A stretch of DNA of 64,000 nucleotides from positions 97,776,001 to 97,840,000 of the forward strand of contig OZ076409.1 in assembly GCA_964187785.1 (NCBI GenBank), written 5' to 3'. The position numbers were made by a program, and so were the translations under genes. Source of the DNA: Amphiscolops sp. MND2022 (lineage: Eukaryota). Positions 12,855 through 25,817 of the stretch are shown in pieces (the first letter of the stretch is position 1; each line of letters begins with the position of its first letter). The notes under the pieces were generated by a model. The model did not search any database and was not told the origin of the DNA. It saw only the letters and a list, made by a program, of their open reading frames with translations.

Positions 12855-13112
12855 CTTTTGTTGCTTTCGCATTACATTTTGAAAGTTTTGATCTTTCAGA
12901 ATAATATACGTACGTTATTCAGTTGTTTCATGTATCTGTTTATTGGATTGATTATTTATTAATATTACAGAAGTTATTCAAAAAGTGGAAAATTACTTGC
13001 CAATTTTAACCAACTAATCAATCCAACAAACAGATACATGAAACAACTGATTAACGTAAGTATAAAAAGTGAAAGATCAAAAGTAGCTAAGTGTAATGAA
13101 AAAGCAACAAAG
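12855..13112. repeat. MITE-like long imperfect inverted repeat
   Basis: TTGTTGCTTT..TTGATCTTTCA..CAGTTGTTTCATGTATCTGTTT..TTGGATTGATTA is mirrored by TAATCAATCCAA..AAACAGATACATGAAACAACTG..TGAAAGATCAA..AAAGCAACAA. Confidence 0.75.
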
Positions 13113-16100
13113 TACTGAAAGGTAGCTCTCTGTGAAAAAGAAGTTGCTGCTCTACTTTAAGGTTCTGTTAAGGTTCTGTTAAGATAAAGAATGGAGTATT
13201 CAATGGTTCTTCCGTTCATGAGCATACCATTTTACTCGTTGAAAACTTCATTTCCAGAGACGACTTTATGAGGAAGAAAAAGTTCTAATTGCGTATTTGC
13301 AATATAGTTCGTAAATTATTATTGACTGGGCATGCAAACATTAGATGGTTGAAAGTTTTGAATGCATCACCATATTGGAAGGACAAAGGGCGTGGTACTA
13401 AATCTTTCAGCCATCTTTGCTCTTTACCTAGATAGCAACCTATACAAAAGTTGTAAATTATGTTTTTTTTAAATGCCAGAACATTATTAAACTTCCATAT
13501 ACATCTAAAAAACTTGATCAAATTCTGTATTCATTTGCAAATTTTTGTCGGCGCTTTTAGAAGAAAAGAATGGACTAGAGCAGAGTTTTTTTAAAAAAAA
13601 ACCGGCCAACTGAAAGAGTTTTATAGGCTTCCTATAAGGTATAAGTTTCAACACGCTCCTCTATCCTTTTTCTATACTCGCTACATACAATTGTTTGACG
13701 ATATGTCCGAAGTAACTTACGTTTCACTAAAAAAGAGGTGGAGGTTGCAAAATACAATTGCGCTCTATATGAATTTTTGAGGTTATACCTGAACTATCTT
13801 CCGCTTTACTAAGGAGGAAACGGGGGTTCGATTCTTGAGTTTTCAAAAACATGCGACTTTTTTCAGAAGTTTCTTCAACCGAGTTCAGCAGGAACAAGAA
13901 AATTCCTGAGCAGATAGGGCCACCTTACGAGTTTTCGACACAATGCGACTTACCGAAGATTTTCTTTCCACAGAATTTTTCAAAACGTTTTTCAATAGTT
14001 GCTTCTTTTTTTGGGGGAAGGGGGGTTTCTGTGAGTTTTTCCGAGTCCTACGGGTGACCTCATTGATTTTTTTGGTCTCGTCGAACTGATGAGAGTGTTT
14101 CCGACAATTGTCAAGAAGGCCTACAGTATTTTTCGGCACTGTGAATTTCCTTTGACAATAATTTTGTTTGGTGTTGTGTACCCCTTGCACTTCCATAAAT
14201 TGTTTCGGTTGGTAAAAGATAAAATCTTGATGCTCAATTTAATGCACTAGGACTTTTTTCGCAGGAAAATTCAAAAAGAAAAGGATTTTTGTTGTTTCCG
14301 TTTTGGGAAAAAGTGGTTTTCGAGTTTTATGCGTATCCCTTAAGGTATGTTTCGGCACTGTAAACGTAAAACCAAATTTAGGAGTTGAGAGTTTCGCAGT
14401 TTACGTGGTGTTTTTTCACCAATCAAAATGTTTTTTCATCAATTCTTTGACAACAGTTTTGCTCCGGCATAGATGCGGAGTCGATGTGCCAGTACCCAAA
14501 TGACGAACGTTTCGATGTTCAATGATGTAGCTTTGTCGATCACGGAAGGAAGTGCGTATTGCGACGCTTTTGTTGCAATCGTTCAGTTTTTCGTTTATTT
14601 TGTAGTTTTTAGTCAGTGTTTTCCGAAGAAAAGACTCAAGTACAGCTTTTTTAAGAGCGGCGAACTGACTAATTTGACTAGGTTTCTAAGTTCCTATAAG
14701 ATGTCACTTCTAAATTCTAACGACTACTGCCATTTGGCAGAGTGGTTAATCCCGATTTTTTTGGTCTGAGGAGAAGTACGAAGTTCGAGTTCCGAACTAA
14801 ATCATTTTTTATGCCTTCAAAAGTAGAGAGAATACAAAAGATTCCCCGTTTGTTACCTAACTATGCGCTTTCTTTCTGAAGTTTTCTTTCTAACGTAAGT
14901 ATCTTTCCTGTGAGTTTTAGCAGAAACAAATCATTTTGCGAGATAAGTGGGGTACCTTAGATTTTTTTCGGGTTCAGGTTTTAATTTTTTTACTTGTTTT
15001 GTGAACTTGAAGAGTCTCCTTTTGGGATTTTGCGGCATTGAGAATCTTTCAGTAAAGAAGAAAAAGTCGACATTTTTTCAAAAAAATGGGGTTTCTGATG
15101 CTTCGAGCTTGGATAAAAGCGTTTTTTGAGTCTTACGGGGAGACTGCTTCGGGTATTTTCTGGTACTGTTATTTCGATGAAAATTTTCACACAACTGTCC
15201 TTCTGCTTATTTTCAAAACTTGTTTTTTTAACCTTGAGCGAGGCGACACTTCGGAGGCGTAAAATAGGAGTAGGACATTTTCATGAAAAACTGCTGTTAT
15301 CGAAACTCCGCCTTATCCTTACTAAAACGGAATATAGTTCAGATGTAACGTCAAAAGTTCCGATATAGCGCTTTACTCAGGAAATTTCGAAGGGTGACTT
15401 CAATAAAAAATGAAGGGGGACCCTTTGGAGACAAAAAATTCAAAAAAATCGCAACAGTGCCAATAAAAATTGTAACGGGGGACCCTTCAGTCTCGTCCGG
15501 TTTTGAATGTTACGTTTAAAAAGTGAAAAATGAAAGGGGGACTCTTTGCAATAACTTGGATGCGTTTCCCACGTATTCGTTCAATTGAACAAACTGAACA
15601 AAATTTTCACCGCATTCGAGACTGTCTTTAAAAAAAAACAAATAAAAACGAGTGACTGTAATAGTCGGGCTTTCTTATTCTAAAAGAACCGACTAAAAAC
15701 CCAATGAACGTTGGTTTTGCAAATGGTTTGAAGAGAGTTTGAAGAATATTGAAAGACACGTTTTATCGAACTTACTTTGTTTATCATATCTTTTTTGGGG
15801 AGCTGGGGATTTTCTGTTAAGAGAGTTTCCCAGTTTTAAGGTGTCTTTTTTTGTTATTTTTGGTACAGTGGGACTGATGACAGATTTCTGAATAATTCGC
15901 CGCTTCGTTTTTTTTCAAATGTCTTCAATTAGAAATGTGTGTTCTTTGAGCCTAAAAGCTCACACAAATTCGGGTTTTTTGATATTCTTGGTAAAGAAAA
16001 AGTCTTTTTCTTCAACCCTGAGAGGTTAACTCCTTTGGAAGGTTTTGTTTTTGTCTGAATATTTACACTTGCGATAAGCAAGGGTAATGGGAAAGTGCGG

Positions 16101-17619
16101 GTGCTTTATTTTCCGCGCGACAACTCTCTCGTTTCAGACCGCAAGTCGCATAGTCTGAATTTGTGGCCGTGCAAGTCGCAACTTCTGGCATTTGGCATAG
16201 AGGTTAATTGGGATTTTTTGAGGTCTGCCAAGCAGAAGGACGTGGGTTCGAGTCTCGCCCTTGACCAAAATTTTTTGTGCATGTTATTTCGGCTTTGTGA
16301 CTTTTTTTCGCAATTTTTTTTTCATGTCACCAAAAATTCCTCCCTTCATTTTTTTGGTATTTTGCAACAGAACGAATGTTAAAAAATCCCAAAGGGTCCC
16401 TTCTTTCAGATTTTTCGGCACTATGAGCCTGTTGAAAATTCTCTTTTTTTGTATTTTTGAAAATTCTTCAAGTCTCGCTTCATTTTTGCAACAGAATGGA
16501 TGTTAAAAAAATCTCAAAGTGCCCCCCTTTTACAGTTTTCGGCATTGTGAGATTTTTCAAATCGAATATTTTCTGTCTTAAAATTAGGTTTTCTCAGGCC
16601 CAGCACGCTATATCCGATTTTTTTTAAAGACCGCTGTTTTTTCTATGCGACTTTTTTTCTAATTTGTTATCATCGAAGCCCCCTCAATTTTTACTAGAAA
16701 CGAAACGTTTTGCGAGCATAAAGCACTGATCAAGGTTTTCGGCACTATGCGACTTGCCGGAGACCTTCATCAAAAAATTTTCGAAAATTTTTTTTCCTCA
16801 AATTTCTGTTTTTTTAAAAAAAAGGTTTACGGTTGAGAAAGATGGGTTTTCTGTTGTTTCCAGTTGGAAAAAAATTGTTTTCGAGATTTATGGGTATCCC
16901 TTCGGGATTTTTTGGCGCTGTAAAATTGATGAAATTTTAACAATAATGTCCTTTTACCCTTGGCTCTCCGTATGATACTGCTTATTTGGGGTTTCTTCAA
17001 AAGTTCGCAACTTTCTTCGCAAGTGTTTGCGAAGCACGGCTTCGCCTCTGTGTCTAAATTTGTTTTTCACGAAAAAGTTTCCCCAGCGTGTGAGTTAACA
17101 ACAAACCAGTGTTTAGCCAAATTTCAAGTTTAACTTTTCAAATTGAACCTATTCCGGATGATATTCATTTCTATGAAAAAAGCGGCGCTATATCCGAATT
17201 GTTGACGTTATTCTCGATTCATTTTGTCTGAAAAGGAGCAAATTTGGTCGATTTCAAACTTTTGTTCGTTTCCAAAATTAACTATTTCAAAATGTTGCAT
17301 GAAACGACAGAAATGCGGTGTATCCAAACGACGAATCTGTCCAAATTTGCCATGCAAGGGATAAGCGGAGGAATATATACTTTTTAAATTGCCCTTTTGG
17401 ACCCCTTATACAAACATGCATGATCTTGCATTGGTTTTCAGAGCATTGGGGGCCTTTCACTTGAGACTACTCCGTTGTTTTTTGTTTTTCAACATTTGAA
17501 CTTCGTTAAGTATCGAATTTTTTACCCCTAAGGGCTCTTGAAACAGAATACGAAAAACACTGCAGTACCACTGCGCCGCTTCTATATATTTCGACATTTG
17601 GTGACTTCGGGAGACTGAC

Positions 17620-17768
17620 CTAGATGGTAATGGGTGCGCATGGCGTCTCCACACACGAAGGGGGTGACAAACAGTCCGTTACACAGACACAAGACTCCGA
17701 GCAGCAGAATGTTGAGGTGGAATCCATTCACTCGCTTCAATTTGTGTCTCTTTTGACACAGAACCAGG
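17620..17768 (-). CDS. SLC4-family transporter exon (TM9-TM10)
   Basis: tttcag|(G)LVLCQKRHKLKRVNGFHLNILLLGVLCLCNGLFVTPFVCGDAMRTHYHL|gtcagt. Resembles the SLC4 'KL.KG.GFHLDL' motif; phases 2/1 fit both neighbours. Confidence 0.9.
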
Positions 17769-18205
17769 CTGAAACATTGGCTCACACTTTTCACTGCAGT
17801 TTCCTGCTTTGACCCATTAGGTCGAGTGCTGTTTGTAATCCTGGGGCTTGTTCGCAAGTTCTCATCTCACATATTTTGACGAAAATGATATTTTATTTTG
17901 ACCTACGAAAATAGAAAAACAAAAAAACGGTTAAAACCCTGGTTGAAAAACAATGCATTCCTTACAAGGATCTTGCAAAGTTTTCTTGCAACATCTTGCA
18001 AGGTCATGTACATGTACTTTTCGGCAAGACATCTTGCAAAAATCTTGCAAGGAAAAAATTATTGAAAGATTCTTTCAAGGAGAAACATTACGTATATCTA
18101 TGAAAAACACTAATTTAAATTTAAAACTAAGGCACAGTCAATATTCAACCTGATGTTGGAGCTTCTTGGTAACAAAACTTAGTCCTGCTTTCCATTCAAA
18201 AACTT

Positions 18206-18682
18206 AACAAGACGGGAACGTCTAAAGTCGGCGCTATATCTAAGGCTCAAAAAAGCGCATTTTTATAAAATTTGTTAAAGGGGGGACCCTTTCGTATTTT
18301 TGAAAATCCAGTCTGTTGCAAATTATCAAAAAAGTTGAGGGGGGACCCTTTGGAGACATTTAAAAAATATAATTTTTTTTGGAAAAATTTTCGAAAAAAA
18401 AACGAAAAATGAGATTTTTGAAACAATCTCAGTGCCGAAAAACTAGGAAGGGGGGACCCTTTGGGTTTTTGAAACTTCAGTTTGCTGCAAAATATCAAAA
18501 AACTTGAAGGGGGGACCCTTTTGCACTGATTTCCGCTGACCGGACTTGGCCTTTTGGTAGTAGTTTTAGTAGTTTCGATTGTAAGAAAAGTGGCCCAATC
18601 AGAGTGAGATTGTAGTCTGACGAAAAAAAACTAGCCACTGTAAGAGTCGGGCACTTTTCCCTAGAAAAGCGCCGACTAAAAA
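18206..18682. mobile_element. DINE-1/Helentron-like non-autonomous element (representative copy)
   Basis: Runs AACAAGACGGGAACGTCT (hairpin) AAAGTCGGCGC ... AGTCGGG...GCGCCGACTAAAAA, with internal GGGGGACCCTT repeats. Confidence 0.7.
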
Positions 18683-19316
18683 GAGACACATTGTTCACTT
18701 CACCGCAAAAACATACTTCTTCGATTGAAAACAGTTCAATAGAGCTCTCATATAAACAGAAATCTTTCCGAAAATTAGTGCAAGAATCCAGAAAAGTATT
18801 TCACCCCCTTTCTCTCAATTCTTGAAAACACATGTATTATAATACAGTTGAAGAATCCACATAAGAGTACAACAGATTTGTTGCAGTCACTGTTTTTCCC
18901 TGTTATGTCCTATTGAAAGTTTCACAGCAATAAAAATGTCTCGAAAAACTAGTTTTGAATTAACTCGAATTCCGACAAAAAAACATTTTCCTTTTCCTTG
19001 AGAAATTGGGAAACTCTAATCATCACCCTGTTTGAGAAAAATGTAATTTTTGACAGGATCGCAAAAAATGCTACAATTGAATGCACTCGTCAAAATATCC
19101 TACAACTTTATACAATTGTTCTAGATCTTCCAAGGTAACGTCTTCTTAACAAGATCTTGAAAAAAAGTTAGCCACATGCAATGAAATAGAAGTGAAATTT
19201 TTCTTGAAACTGCAAGAATCTTGCACACGCCGAGTCCTTACATCGTGAGATGTCTGCAAAAAAATCATGGTCGCTCTGCGTCTTTCGGGTTAATCTTTTT
19301 GAAAGAAGTACTACTA

Positions 19317-19449
19317 TAGTAAACAACCTGGCTTTAGTTCGAATTTACGCAGAGTTCGTTTCTCTTATTTAGTAAAAGTTTGTTTCTCTTATTTAGTAAA
19401 GAGAAAAGAAACTCTGCGTGACTTCGAACTAAAGCCAGGTTGTTTACTA
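19317..19449. repeat. Small palindromic MITE-like element
   Basis: TAGTAAACAACCTGGCTTTAGTTCGAA..ACGCAGAGTT is mirrored by AACTCTGCGT..TTCGAACTAAAGCCAGGTTGTTTACTA. Confidence 0.8.
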
Positions 19450-19665
19450 AGAACCTGTAAAAAACATTGAACTGGTGCTGATTTTTAGCCGGCGCTTCAT
19501 GAAGTGAAACGCGACTATAATAGTGACTTTTTTCAATTCTTTTTCAATCCACATAAACTGACCAAAATAGCTCCACCAAAAGTACTACGAAAATTTTAAG
19601 GGGCCAAATTGTACCATTTAGCCCAGGGAACTGAACTATGATAGTTATTCCTTTTTTTTAACATA

Positions 19666-21186
19666 AACAAGCCGGGAACGGCCCAAGTAGGCGCCATATC
19701 TAAGACTCAAAATAGCAAAAGGACTTCAAAGTGTCAAAGTATTCTACAGTACCCGAATGAGTAAAAAAAATTCCAAAATTTTTTTTTCGAATTTTTTTTT
19801 GAAGTTTCTGGTGAGTCGCATAGTGCCAAAAAATGTAAAACGGGGGACCCTTTGGGATTTTTTGAACGTCCAATCTGTTGCAAAATATCAAAAAAACTGA
19901 AAGGAGGACCATTTGGAGACATTTATAAAATTTCGGGAAAAAAAAATCCCACAAAGCCGAAATTGCATGCTCAAAAAATTTGGTCTAGGGTGAGACTCGA
20001 ACCCACGTCATTCTGCTTGGCAGACATCAAAAACTATCCTAATTAACCTCTATGCTAAGTGGCAGTGGAAGTTACAAGTGTGGCAGTTAGTTGACCCAGC
20101 TTATAAAGCTTATGAAATTTGTCACTTCGTTGGTCTTCAAAAAAGAAAACTCACTGCTATAATCTGCGTTTTATACGAAAAGCGCCGACTAAAAACCGGA
20201 CGAGATCAAAGGGTCCCCTTTTCGATTTTTCTCGGCTCTGTGAGACTTTTCGAAAAATTTTTCTCGTTTTCAAAGAGTCCCCCTTTAATTCTTTAGAACA
20301 TTTGCGACAGAATTGATGAAAAATCTCAAAGCGCCCCCCTTGGCGCGCCAATTCGGTCCAACTTTTGGGTTTTCCGGGTGCTGCAGAAGAGAATACTTAA
20401 CGCCTGAAGTCATTCAGCTATTTTTGTGCCTTAAGCGGGGCGCCGACTTATTATGCCGTCCCGGCTTGTTCCATTTATGCATTTTTTGCAACATTCTGAG
20501 CTGAAAAATTCTAACCTTGTGAGAATTTTGCAAAAGTTGTGACTCTTGTAATCTAGAGCAACATTAGAATGGTGTTGATTTTGGGTTCCCTTCCCAGGGT
20601 CGAATTCGATTCTGGATAATTTTGCACATTTTTCGATCTTACATAATTCGACTCTGCCCAGCAATCCCTTGATTTTTAGGCGGCGCTTTTCGTAGAAAAA
20701 CGCAGACTATAGCAGTGACTTTTTTAAGACCAACGAAGTGACAGATTTCATAAGCTTTATAAGCTGGCTTCCACTAACTGCCACACTAATGTAACTTCTG
20801 CTGCAACTTGGCAGAGGTTAATTAGGATATTTTGGGGTCTGCCAAGCAGAAGAATGTGGGTTCGAGTCTCGCCCTTGACCAAAATTTTTTTGTGCATGTC
20901 ATTTCGGCTTTGTGAGACTTTTTTTAGCATTTTTCTTGATGTCTCAAAAGGCCCCCCTTCATTTTTTAAATATTTTGCAACAGAATGGATGTTCAAAAAA
21001 TCCCAAAGGGTTCCCCTTTTTTACATTTTTTGTTTTTGGCACTATGCGACTTACCGAAGACTTGAAAAAAAATTCGAAAATTTTCCTCATTCGGGTACTA
21101 TAGAAGAGAATACTTGATACTTTGTAACCCTTCAGCTATTTTTGAGCCTTAGATATGGCGCCGACTTGGGCCGTTCCCGGCTTATT
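19666..21186. mobile_element. Cluster of three DINE-1/Helentron-like copies (19666-20195; ~20196-20471 inverted; 20673-21186 inverted)
   Basis: Same terminal motifs (AACAAGCCGGGAACGGC..AAGT.GGCGCC / GCGCCGACTAAAAA) in both orientations. Confidence 0.7.
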
Positions 21187-21236
21187 ATGTTTGTTTTCCT
21201 CCTCTACCGGTGAGTGTGTGGAGTGAGCTTACTTAC

Positions 21237-21376
21237 CCCGTGAGCTGTGTCTCCGAGAAGAGGATGATAACGAGCACGAAGCCCAGGGGCAGTCCGAACA
21301 GAGGCAGCAGGGGGTGGAAGGGTGCGTGTAGAACTACCTTCAGGTTCTCCACAGACGGCTCCTTCACTTCTATGCT
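21237..21376 (-). CDS. SLC4-family transporter exon (TM8)
   Basis: cttcag|SIEVKEPSVENLKVVLHAPFHPLLPLFGLPLGFVLVIILFSETQLT(G)|gtaagt. ETQLT resembles AE1 ESQIT. Confidence 0.9.
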
Positions 21377-21912
21377 CTGAAGTAGAGAAAAAGAAAAGAC
21401 AAATCAGGCGCTTCTGTAAAATCAGCGGGTAGATTGAACATGGAATTTCTCAATAATTTTGAGCAAAAGTAGATCAAAAGTGAGAAAAATCTCAATTTTG
21501 AACTCAACTTGGCTAGAAATGGCTTATCGCAACTTTCACAATTTTAATCGCATAATTTTCATACAAAAATTAGATAAATTAGATAAAAATCAAAAACCGA
21601 AGAAACTTCTAACTTGACCATTATTCAAAAATCACTGTCGTTTTTGAGATATTCCATTTCGAGATTTGCTTCATGTTGCTTTTTTCAGAATCATTAGTGT
21701 ACCGCAAAAGATTTTCTTTAACATTTCGGAGGTACTGGTAATTCTTGGGACTCTAGGATTTCAGTATTGCGGGGATTATCGAAAAAATTTTCACTAGAAA
21801 AGGACACCAAAGTTCAAAACTGAAAGTTAGAATTCATTTGGGGCGATTAGTTTTTTATGATTCCATTTGGTTGGTTCAATTTCGAAATTTGAATCGTAAG
21901 TATACTCAGAAA

Positions 21913-23581
21913 CAATGTATTATGCGCTTATGGAGGACGCGCTTATCGCTTATTCCGCTTACTGAAATGCCGCTTGTCGCTTAAGCGGTGTCGCTTATGA
22001 CAAAAAATAATGACGAAAGAATTAATTTTCAATTAAATTGTAAATATAATTTTAAAAAATTAATTTTTATCTTAAGTAACATTCAACGGAAGCAAATTTT
22101 CCAAAGTGTCTGATTTGAGCTGATTTCGCTTCATAGTAAGTAAGCCACCAGCACTTGAAAACAGTCGCTCAACTGTGCTTGTGTCGGACGAAGATCCCGA
22201 AATTTAGCTGCACATCTTTTGAAAAGGTGCTGGATAAGTTTCCAAAACTCGACCACATTTCAGGCAGGTACCGTCTCTGACGACAAATATACAGTGGCTC
22301 GACTCTTTAATGTAGAAACAGGCTGGGGGGTTGTATCAGCAAAATCAAAAAGCCTTCTTCTGGACCCAGATGGAATGCTTATAGGTGCATCATCCACTAT
22401 ATTGTTATTTGTCAGATCACAGTCGCGAAGTTTACGTATAAAAATGTCACGACATCGCGTGATATGAAAATAAAAATGTGTACTCAAATTTCCACAGAAT
22501 GTCAGTCTGGCACAGGGATCAAGCACAGTAGCTATGATATGAATTTCAGATGTTTTTATAAAATTGAATCGTTTGCGAATACTGTTCAATAAGGCCTCCT
22601 TTACAGCATTTAATGAAGGCTGCCTTTGAGGCTTTGACTCTAGACCGCGTCTAAAAGTATAAGCAATGGTATTACCTTTCACAAGTTCCAAAAGCTGTTC
22701 TTCCATCAACGCCGTTTTAATTTTGTCAAAATTCTCCAAAACTGAATTTATCATGGTCACTGTTGAGTTCCAGCGAACATCGTTCTTTATTTTTATCCGT
22801 CGATTAAGTCTTGCATTAAATTTTCCGGCTCTGTGATCATGCTGAGCAATATTGGAGCACCTAACAACAGCAGAATTCAATATTTGATATTATATTTGAT
22901 TTTCGCTTTGCAAATGTTGCATTCTGCTGTCAAATTATCACTCTGTCCGCTGAATGTGTAATATTTTGCATAATCGAGAACCATTACGAATCTGAAAAAA
23001 ATAATCGCAATAACTAAAAATTATATTAATATATGCTAAAAGTAATTTTTGAATTCAATCTCAGTAACTTTCATGAATAATACAAAGAATTCAAAGAGCG
23101 GATGCCTTAAAATCTATAAAATAAGGATGCAAAAAGAATTTTTGTTTCAAAAATTGTGATTAATTTTTATTCAAGGAAGAATGAAGGTGAAATTCGAAAA
23201 CGTCGGGTTCAAATTTGTATTAATGTGTCAAAGTGTTATTTTGTATTGCGCAGCTTCATGAGAGTGAACGAAATGGAATATGCTCGTGACTGTAATAAAT
23301 TAGGTCGCTTGTTCACATTTTATGATGCAGTTGAGAGAATACATGTATGTTGGAGTGAAATTTCCCTTGCATTTTAATACATGTAAACAGCATTTAAAAC
23401 AGCATACGTGTAAATTCTCTCGCAATTAAAACATGTGATACGCATTTTACATGCAATTTTAATGCATTTTAATACATGTAACAATATGCGACAGAAATTT
23501 TTTCCCTCTTATTGCGCTTATGTAAAAAATGCGTCGCTTACGCTTATTTTTGCGCTTACGCTTAAAGCGCTTAATACATTG
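21913..23581 (-). mobile_element. Internally deleted hAT DNA transposon
   Basis: TIRs CAATGTATTATGCGCTT / AAGCGCTTAATACATTG; 8-bp TSD CTCAGAAA/CTCCGAAA (7/8 match); subterminal CGCTTA repeats. Confidence 0.85.
22080..22880 (-). pseudogene. hAT transposase remnant
   Basis: DVRWNST, ATVLDP and the C-terminal dimerisation motif STVERLFSSAG..TMKRNQLKSDTLENLL; contains stops and deletions. Confidence 0.85.
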
Positions 23582-23846
23582 CTCCGAAACACCCAAAATT
23601 AAGACTTTAACTAATGGGGCGAATTTAACATTCTTTAACAGTCTGAAAGATCATAATTGGTCTGAAAGAAACATAATTGGTTGCCTCTGCGCTTCAAAAT
23701 TAGAGATGAAAAACATGTATGTATATAAAAAACAAAAGCACCTGAAAACGGGGAAAATAAACATTTCCCAAAATTATTCATGGGCAATTATGACTGCTCC
23801 AACAACCTTTTATGTTTTAAAATGGAGTAAAAGCTCCATTTCCCGC

Positions 23847-25799
23847 TGTGGAATTTTTAGATTTTGGCGTTTTAGAAAAATCCCATCATTTTTGCGCGAA
23901 GTACATACGATAGGCAGAACTATGTTAATCATGTTTTAGACCGCCGGAGTAGTGAAAACAGCTGAACAGGCTGACAATAGCATTCTTCGATATGGCTTAC
24001 TTGGCAAACTAGGTATTTACTTAGTAAACGATAGTTCTTCGGTAGAATTTAAAGTTAGTGAGTGACGTCAGCAATGAAATGACTCGAATCGGCTGAGTCA
24101 GAGTCAATCTCTCAGAGCGAATTTTACTAAGTCCCACTTAAGAGCGAAAATATTCTAAGACACGATATTAGGAAACAGAGGGGGACCAAATCGAAAAACC
24201 CCCCCAGTCAGGTTTTTCTCAAAGACTATTCATCGTAGAGACTTGAAATTTGGCACACGTATACCTGAGCTGTTATGCTACTGATCCATAAAAACGGAAC
24301 CGAGCCGAGACCCCCCAGCCCCGGGCTATTAGCACCGGAAGTGACCTAGGTCGACCCCCCTATGAACTCGTCGGCCAAGCTCGGAATAAGTCAGATAATA
24401 TATGGAATTGATAGCCCATAGGATATTAGGCCGTTTGCGCATATTTTCGGAAACCCACGACGCCCGTAGGAGGAGCACGGACCTTATGTAAATAAACCCC
24501 GAATGTTATGTAAATCATCACCGGATGACCCGAGGATCATGAAACTTACCCAAGATGTTCACCTAGTAACCCTAAGTAATATACATGAAAGATACATTGA
24601 TCGGTCCACCACGCGCGGAGTAATGTTTGTTTAAGGCACGCGGGACCGGACGCGCGGGCCCGACCGATAAAAGACATTCGACCTTGGCTTGTAATACCTC
24701 AAACGAACCGGAATGATGAATGTAGTCGATTAATAATGTGAATGAGACCGTATTTGTAACCCATGCGGGGGTAACCGCCTTAAGTAAACAAACGATACGC
24801 ACATCATGTAACTCGAAGACCATCGACCCTAGGACGATATAACTTGGCATATAGCAACTCTGGATGAGGACGAATAAGCTCAAGGTCACTGATGGATCTC
24901 AAGGTCATTGTGGATGCAACCCATGAAAATATAGAGAAACTTACGATAAAACATGTAAATCAGCGCCGTTTGCGTGATAATTTATGCATTTCAGTCAGGT
25001 GGAACGATTCGCGATGCATTGCGCCCAAAAGGACAAAAAAGTACCCCTTACACGTAGAGAACATGTAAACCATGTAATTGAAGGTCATTGAACGATTGTC
25101 TCGATATTGGAAATATCTTGGTGGACTTGAATTATTATTGAAATGTGAACTTTGTACAACCTTTATTGAAGTATTTGTCGTTGGCGGCGAAGTATGTCTG
25201 GCCGAAACATAACTAGGGAGCTGCCATGCCATAAAAGGAATGGCACGACATGAAGTTAAAAGCATGCAAATAAAAGAGCGACATCGGTACAACAAAAATG
25301 CGGCTGATGAATAAATATCTCAGGGAGGGAAAAAGAGACCGAATAGACACAGAAGAACGATTACGAAGCTAAGAGTAAGTTGAGCCGCGTGCGGGCAAGA
25401 AACCTACTCGAGATCGAATTTGACTTAACTGCTTTGTGAGAGCAGCGAATAAGTCACAAGTCCGGGACTTGGAAATCTTTGAGTGAATCGTGATTCTGGC
25501 ACAGTCTTGTCGAGTTATTGTATTTAATTCATTCACCTGCTGTGCTATTGTTATTGCTTGGTTGAGTAGTTACGTACTGTGGAAATCTTCGACTTGTATT
25601 ATCCAGATAATTCCTGAATTATAGTATTAATTGCAAGTAACTTTTCTATAGTGTTTTGGAGTCGAAACTTGAGCACCGGAGAGACTTTGTGAAAAGAATA
25701 CGCGATACGTGGACGAAACTTACTCACTAAAAACTAAACCTTTCTGTTAGAATCGAGCTTTTGGGATTTCTCTCCGACCCTCTAGCAAAAATTTCTACA
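23847..25799 (+). repeat. 5' LTR (1953 bp)
   Basis: TGTGGAATTT...ATTTCTACA, near-identical to 30563-32520. Confidence 0.95.
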
Positions 25800-25800
25800 G

Positions 25801-25817
25801 TGGCGCTCCTGGGTGGG
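25801..25817 (+). promoter_or_regulatory. Primer binding site, probably tRNA-Asn
   Basis: TGGCGCTCCTGGGTGGG one base after the LTR. From memory it is complementary to tRNA-Asn-type 3' ends (...CCCACCC.GGAGCG-CCA). Confidence 0.75.

Noticed and set aside
13200..13521. Possible transposase or SLC4 exon fragment
   Set aside because: No SLC4 motif, the exon chain is complete without it, and it is too degraded to assign.
16220..16270. Functional tRNA gene
   Set aside because: Only a 3'-half-like segment; no D-arm or acceptor 5' strand and no 7-nt anticodon loop.
13850..17050. Many 60-100 aa Lys/Phe-rich ORFs here and at 40700-47800 and 54200-64000
   Set aside because: Chance frames within A/T-run-rich interspersed and tandem repeats.
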